Shown here in pieces: positions 58,501 through 64,000 of a stretch of 64,000 bases of DNA. Each line of letters begins with the position of its first letter. The stretch's first letter is position 1. Position numbers and translations under genes: made by a program. The DNA is from Scyliorhinus canicula (Eukaryota), in assembly GCF_902713615.1 (NCBI RefSeq), contig NC_052175.1:9961271-10025270 (forward strand). The letters run 5' to 3'. Below the pieces are notes generated by a model that did no database searches, was not told the origin of the DNA, and saw only the letters and a program-made list of their open reading frames with translations.

Positions 58501-61500
58501 AACAGTGAGTGTAACAATTCCAAACCTGTGTTACAGTAATAACAGTGAGTGTAACAATTCTCATCCTCTGTTGCAATAATAACAGTGAGCGTAACAATTC
58601 CAAAACTGTGTTACAGTAATAAAAGTGAATGTAACAATTCTCTTCCTCTGTTTCAGTAATAACAGTGAGTGTAATAATTCTCATCCTGTGTTACAGTAAT
58701 AACAGTGAGTGTAACAATTCTCATCTTGTGTTTCAGTAATAACAGTGAGTGTAAAAATTCTCATCCTATGTTACAGTAATTACAGTGAATGTAATAATTC
58801 TCATCCTGTGTTACAGTAATAACAATGAGTGTAACATTTCTCATCCTGTGTTGCAGTAATAACAGTGAGCGTAACAATTCCAAAACTGTGTTACAGTAAT
58901 AAAAGTGAATGTAACAATTCTCTTCCTCTGTTTCAGTAATAACAGTGAGTGTAAACTTCTCATCCTGTGTTACAGTAATAACAGTGAGTGTAACAATTCC
59001 AAACCTGTGTTACAGTAATAACAGTGACTGTAACAATTCTCATCCTCTGTTGCAATAATAACAGTGAGTGTAAACTTCTCATCCTCTGTTACAGTAATTA
59101 CAGTGAGTGTGACGCTACTCATCCTGTGTTACAGTAATAACAGTGAGTGTAACACTTCTAATCCTGTGACACAGGAATAACTCTGAGTGTAATAATTCTC
59201 ATCCTGTGTTACAGTAATAACAGCGAGTGTAACAATTCTCATCCTGTGTTTCAGTAATAACAGTGAATGTACTGATTCTCATCCTGTTTCACAGTAATAA
59301 CAATGAGTGTAACAATTCTCATCCTTTGTTACAGTTATAACAGTGAGTGTAACAATTCTCATCCTGTGTTACAGTAATAACAGTGAGTGTAACAATTCTC
59401 ATCCTGTGTTACAGTAATAACCGTGAGTGTAACAAATCCAAACCTGTGTTACAGTAATAACAGTGAGTGTAACAATTCTCATTAACTGTTGCAATAATAA
59501 CAGTGAGTGTAAACTTCTCATCCTCTGTTACTGTAATAACAGTGAGTGTGACGCTACCCATCCTGTGTTACAGTAATAACAGTGAGTGTAACACTTCTAA
59601 TCCTGTGACACAAGAATAACTCTGAGTGTAACAATTCTCATCCTGTGTTACAGTAATAACAGCGAGTGTAACAATTCTCATCCTGTATTACAGTAATAAC
59701 AGTGAGTGTAACAATTCTCATCCTGTGTTACAGTAATAACAGTGAGTGTAAACTTCTCATCCTGTGTTACAGTAATTACAGTGAGTGTAATAATTCTCAT
59801 CCTGTGTTACAGTAATAACAGTGAGTTTAACAATTCTCATCCTGTGCGACAGTAATAACAGTGAGCGTAACAATTCCAAACCTGTGTTACAGTAATAAAA
59901 GTGAGTGTAACAATTCTCATCCTCTGTTACAGTAATAACAATGAGTGTAAACTTCTCATCCTCTGTTACAGTAATAACAGTGAGTGTGACGATCCTCATC
60001 CTGTGTTACAGTAATAACAGTGAGTGTAACACTTCTCATCCTATGACACTGGAATAAATCTGAGTGTAACAATTCTCATCCTGTGATACAGTAATAACAG
60101 TGAGTGTAACATTTTTCATCCTGTGTTTCAGTAATAACAGTGAGTGTAACAATTCTCATCCAGTGTTACAGTAAGAACAGTGAGTGTAAATTTCTCATCC
60201 TGTGTTACAGTAATAACAGTGAGTGTAATAGTTCTCATCCTGTGTTACAGTAATAACAGTGAGTGTAACAATTCTCATCCTGTGTTACGGCAATAACACT
60301 GAGCGTAGCAATTCCCAACATGTTTTACAGCAATAACTCTGAGTGTAACAATGCTCATCCTGTGTTACAGTAATAACAGTGAGTGTAACAATTCTCATCC
60401 TCTGTTACAGTAATAACAGTGAGTGTAACAATTCTCATCCTGTGTTACTGTAATAACAGTGAGTGTAATATTTCTCATCCTGTGTTACAGTAATAATAGT
60501 GACTGTAACAATTCACATCATGTGTTACAGTAATAACAGTGAGAGTAGCAATTCTCTTCCTTGTATTACGGTAATAACAGTGCGCGTAGCAATTCCCAAC
60601 CTGTGTTACAGTAATAAAAGTGAATGTAACATTTCTCATCCTGTGTTACAGTAATAACAGTGAGCGTCACAATTCCCAACCTGTGCTTCAGTAATTACAG
60701 TGAGTGTAACACTTCTCATCCTCTGTTGCAATAATAACAGTGAGTGTAAACTTCTCATCCTCTGTTACAGTAATAACAGTGTGTGACGGTACCCATCATG
60801 TGTTACAGTAATAACAGTGAGTGTAACACTTCAAATCCTGTGACACAGGAATAACAATGAGTGTAATAATTCTCAACCTGTGTTACAGTAATTACAGTAA
60901 GTGTAACAATTCTCATCCTGTGTTACAGTAATAACAGTGAGTGTAACAATTCTCATCCTGTGTTACATTAATAACAGTGAGTGTAACAATTCTCATCCTG
61001 TGTTACAGTAATTACCGTGAGTGTAACAATTCCAAACCTGTGTTACAGTAATAACAGTGAGTGTAACAATTCCAAACCTGTGTTACAGTAATAACAGTGA
61101 GTGTAACAATTCTCATCCTCTGTTGCAATAATAACAGTGAGCGTAACAATTACAAAACTGTGTTACAGTAATAAAAGTGAATGTAACAATTCTCTTCCTC
61201 TGTTTCAGTAATAACAGTGTGTAATAATTCTCATCCTGTGTTACAGCAATAACAGTGAGTGTAACAATTCTCATCTTGTGTTTCAGTAATAACAGTGAGT
61301 GTAAAAATTCTCATCCTTTGTTACAGTAATTACAGTGAATGTAATAATTCTCATCCTGTGTTACAGTAATAACAATGAGTGTAACATTTCTCCTCCTGTG
61401 TTGCAGTAATAACAGTGAGCGTAACAATTCCAAAACTGTGTTACAGTAATAAAAGTGAATGTAACAATTCTCTTCCTCTGTTTCAGTAATAACAGTGAGT

Positions 61501-64000
61501 GTAAACTTCTCATCCTGTGTTACAGTAATAACAGTGAGTGTAACAATTCCAAACCTGTGTTACAGTAATAACAGTGACTGTAACAATTCTCATCCTCTGT
61601 TGCAATAATAACAGTGAGTGTAAACTTCTCATCCTCTGTTACAGTAATTACAGTGAGTGTAACAATTCCAAACCTGTGTTACAGTAATAACAGTGACTGT
61701 AACAATTCTCATCCTCTGTTGCAATAATAACAGTGAGTGTAAACTTTTCATCCTCTGTTACAGTAATTACAGTGAGTGTGACGCTACTCATCCTGTGTTA
61801 CAGTAATAACAGTGAGTTTAACACTTCTAATCCTGTGACACAGGAATAACTCTGAGTGTAATAATTCTCATCCTGTGTTACAGTAATAACAGCGAGTGTA
61901 ACAATTCTCATCCTGTGTTTCAGTAATAACAGTGAATGTAATGATTCTCATCCTGTTTCACAGTAATAACAATGAGTGTAACAATTCTCATCCTGTGTTA
62001 CAGTTATAACAGTGAGTGTAACAATTCTCATCCTGTGTTACAGTAATAACAGTGAGTGTAACAATTCTCATCCTGTGTTACAGTAATAACCGTGAGTGTA
62101 ACAATTCCAAACCTGTGTTACAGTAATAACAGTGAGTGTAACAATTCACATTAACTGTTGCAATAATAACAGTGAGTGTAAACTTCTCATCCTCTGTTAC
62201 TGTAATAACAGTGAGTGTGACGCTACCCATCCTGTGTTACAGTAATAACAGTGAGTGTAACACTTCTAATCCTGTGACACAAGAATAACTCTGAGTGTAA
62301 CAATTCTCATCCTGTGTTACAGTAATAACAGCGAGTGTAACAATTCTCATCCTGTGTTACAGTAATAACAGTGAGTGTAACAATTCTCATCCTGTGTTAC
62401 AGTAATAACAGTGAGTGTAAACTTCTCATCCTGTGTTACAGTAATTACAGTGAGTGTAATAATTCTCATCCTGTGTTACAGTAATAACAGTGAGTTTAAC
62501 AATTCTCATCCTGTGCGACAGTAATAACAGTGAGCGTAACAATTCCAAACCTGTGTTACAGTAATAAAAGTGAGTGTAACAATTCTCATCCTCTGTTACA
62601 GTAATAACAATGAGTGTAAACTTCTCATCCTCTGTTACAGTAATAACAGTGAGTGTGACGATCCTCACCCTGTGTTACAGTAATAACAATGAGTGTAACA
62701 CTTCTCATCCTATGACACTGGAATAAATCTGAGTGTAACAATTCTCATCCTGTGATACAGTAATAACAGTGAGTGTAACAATTCTCATCCTGTGCTACAG
62801 TAATAACAGTGAGTGTAACAATTCTCATCCAGTGTTACAGTAAGAACAGTGAGTGTAAATTTCTCATCCTGTGATACAGGAATAACTCTGAGGGTAACAA
62901 TTCTCATCCTGTGATACAGTAATAACAGTGAGTGTAACAATTCTCATCCTGTGTTACGGCAATAACACTGAGCGTAGCAATTCCCAACATGTTTTACAGC
63001 AATAACTCTGAGTGTAACAATGCTCATCCTGTGTTACAGTAATAACAGTGAGTGTAACAATTCTCATCCTCTGTTACAGTAATAACAGTGAGTGTAACAA
63101 TTCTCATCCTGTGTTACTGTAATAACAGTGAGTGTAATATTTCTCATCCTGTGTTACAGTAATAATAGTGACTGTAACAATTCACATCATGTGTTACAGT
63201 AATAACAGTGAGAGTAGCAATTCTCTTCCTTGTGTTACGGTAATAACAGTGCGCGTAGCAATTCCCAACCTGTGTTACAGTAATAAAAGTGAATGTAACA
63301 TTTCTCATCCTGTGTTACAGTAATAACAGTGAGCGTCACAATTCCCAACCTGTGCTTCAGTAATTACAGTGAGTGTAACACTTCTCATCCTCTGTTGCAA
63401 TAATAACAGTGAGTGTAAACTTCTCATCCTCTGTTACAGTAATAACATGTGTGACGGTACCCATCATGTGTTACAGTAATAACAGTGAGTGTAACAATTC
63501 TCATCCTGTGTTACATTAATAACAGTGAGTGTAACAATTCTCATCCTGTGTTACAGTAATTACCGTGTGTAACAATTCCAAAACTGTGTTACAGTAATAA
63601 CAGTGAGTGTAACAATTCCAAACCTGTGTTACAGTAATAACAGTGAGTGTAACAATTCTCATCCTCTGTTACAGTAATAACAATGAGTGTAAACTTCTCA
63701 TCCTCTGTTACAGTAATAACAGTGAGTGTGACGATCCTCATCCTGTGTTACAGTAATAACAGTGAGTGTAACACTTCTCATCCTATGACACTGGAATAAA
63801 TCTGAGTGTAACAATTCTCATCCTGTGATACAGTAATAACAGTGAGTGTAACAATTCTCATCCTGTGCTACAGTAATAACAGTGAGTGTAACAATTCTCA
63901 TCCAGTGTTACAGTAAGAACAGTGAGTGTAAATTTCTCATCCTGTGTTACAGTAATAACCGTGAGTGTAATAGTTCTCATCCTGTGTTACAGTAATAACA
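55518..64000. repeat. 40-bp satellite (CTGTGTTACAGTAATAACAGTGAGTGTAACAATTCTCATC)n with a 2.5-2.7 kb higher-order repeat
   Basis: Period 40 read directly; variant GCGCGTAGC recurs at 58031, 60582 and 63251; the same spurious ORF recurs at 57287, 59757 and 62426. Runs off the window end. Confidence 0.97.
55781..55867 (-). mobile_element. 87-bp Penelope-like repeat fragment inserted in the satellite
   Basis: Matches 16709-16795; on the minus strand its 5' end is GTGTTTGAAAC. Confidence 0.85.

Noticed and set aside
55518-64000. Satellite as a CRISPR-like array, RSS array or repetitive protein (MRIVTLTVITVT... ORFs)
   Set aside because: No unique spacers, eukaryotic context, AACAGTG lacks the essential first C of an RSS, and the ORFs are by-products of the repeat.

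Overview
Eukaryotic, repeat-dense window. The V-SINE/HE1-type SINEs, CR1 LINEs, Penelope-type repeats and a GPR139-like gene point to a shark genome, probably a catshark (inference). I could reconstruct two spliced, apparently intact genes, both on the minus strand. (1) A 5-exon, 280-aa TCR/Ig-like membrane receptor (leader, V with J-like strand already joined, C1, Cys-bearing stalk, Arg-containing TM, short tail) at 10278-12487, with no RSS or split segments. (2) A 2-exon, 336-aa GPR139-like class A GPCR (30332-35493). A decayed inverted paralogue of gene 1 appears to sit head-to-head with it at about 14421-15569. The rest is mostly transposon-derived: many SINEs, CR1 LINEs (one with an uninterrupted ORF2 of 799+ codons, one with an esterase-type ORF1), two degraded endogenous retroviruses (one lacking protease and RT and carrying two nested LINEs), and Penelope-type terminal repeats with a minimal hammerhead ribozyme (one copy ends exactly at the predicted cleavage site). 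There is also a GA-rich tract, a minisatellite, and an 8.5-kb 40-bp satellite with a 2.5-2.7 kb higher-order repeat. Two assembly gaps are present. All family assignments are from motif recognition by eye; no searches were run, and repeat boundaries are approximate.
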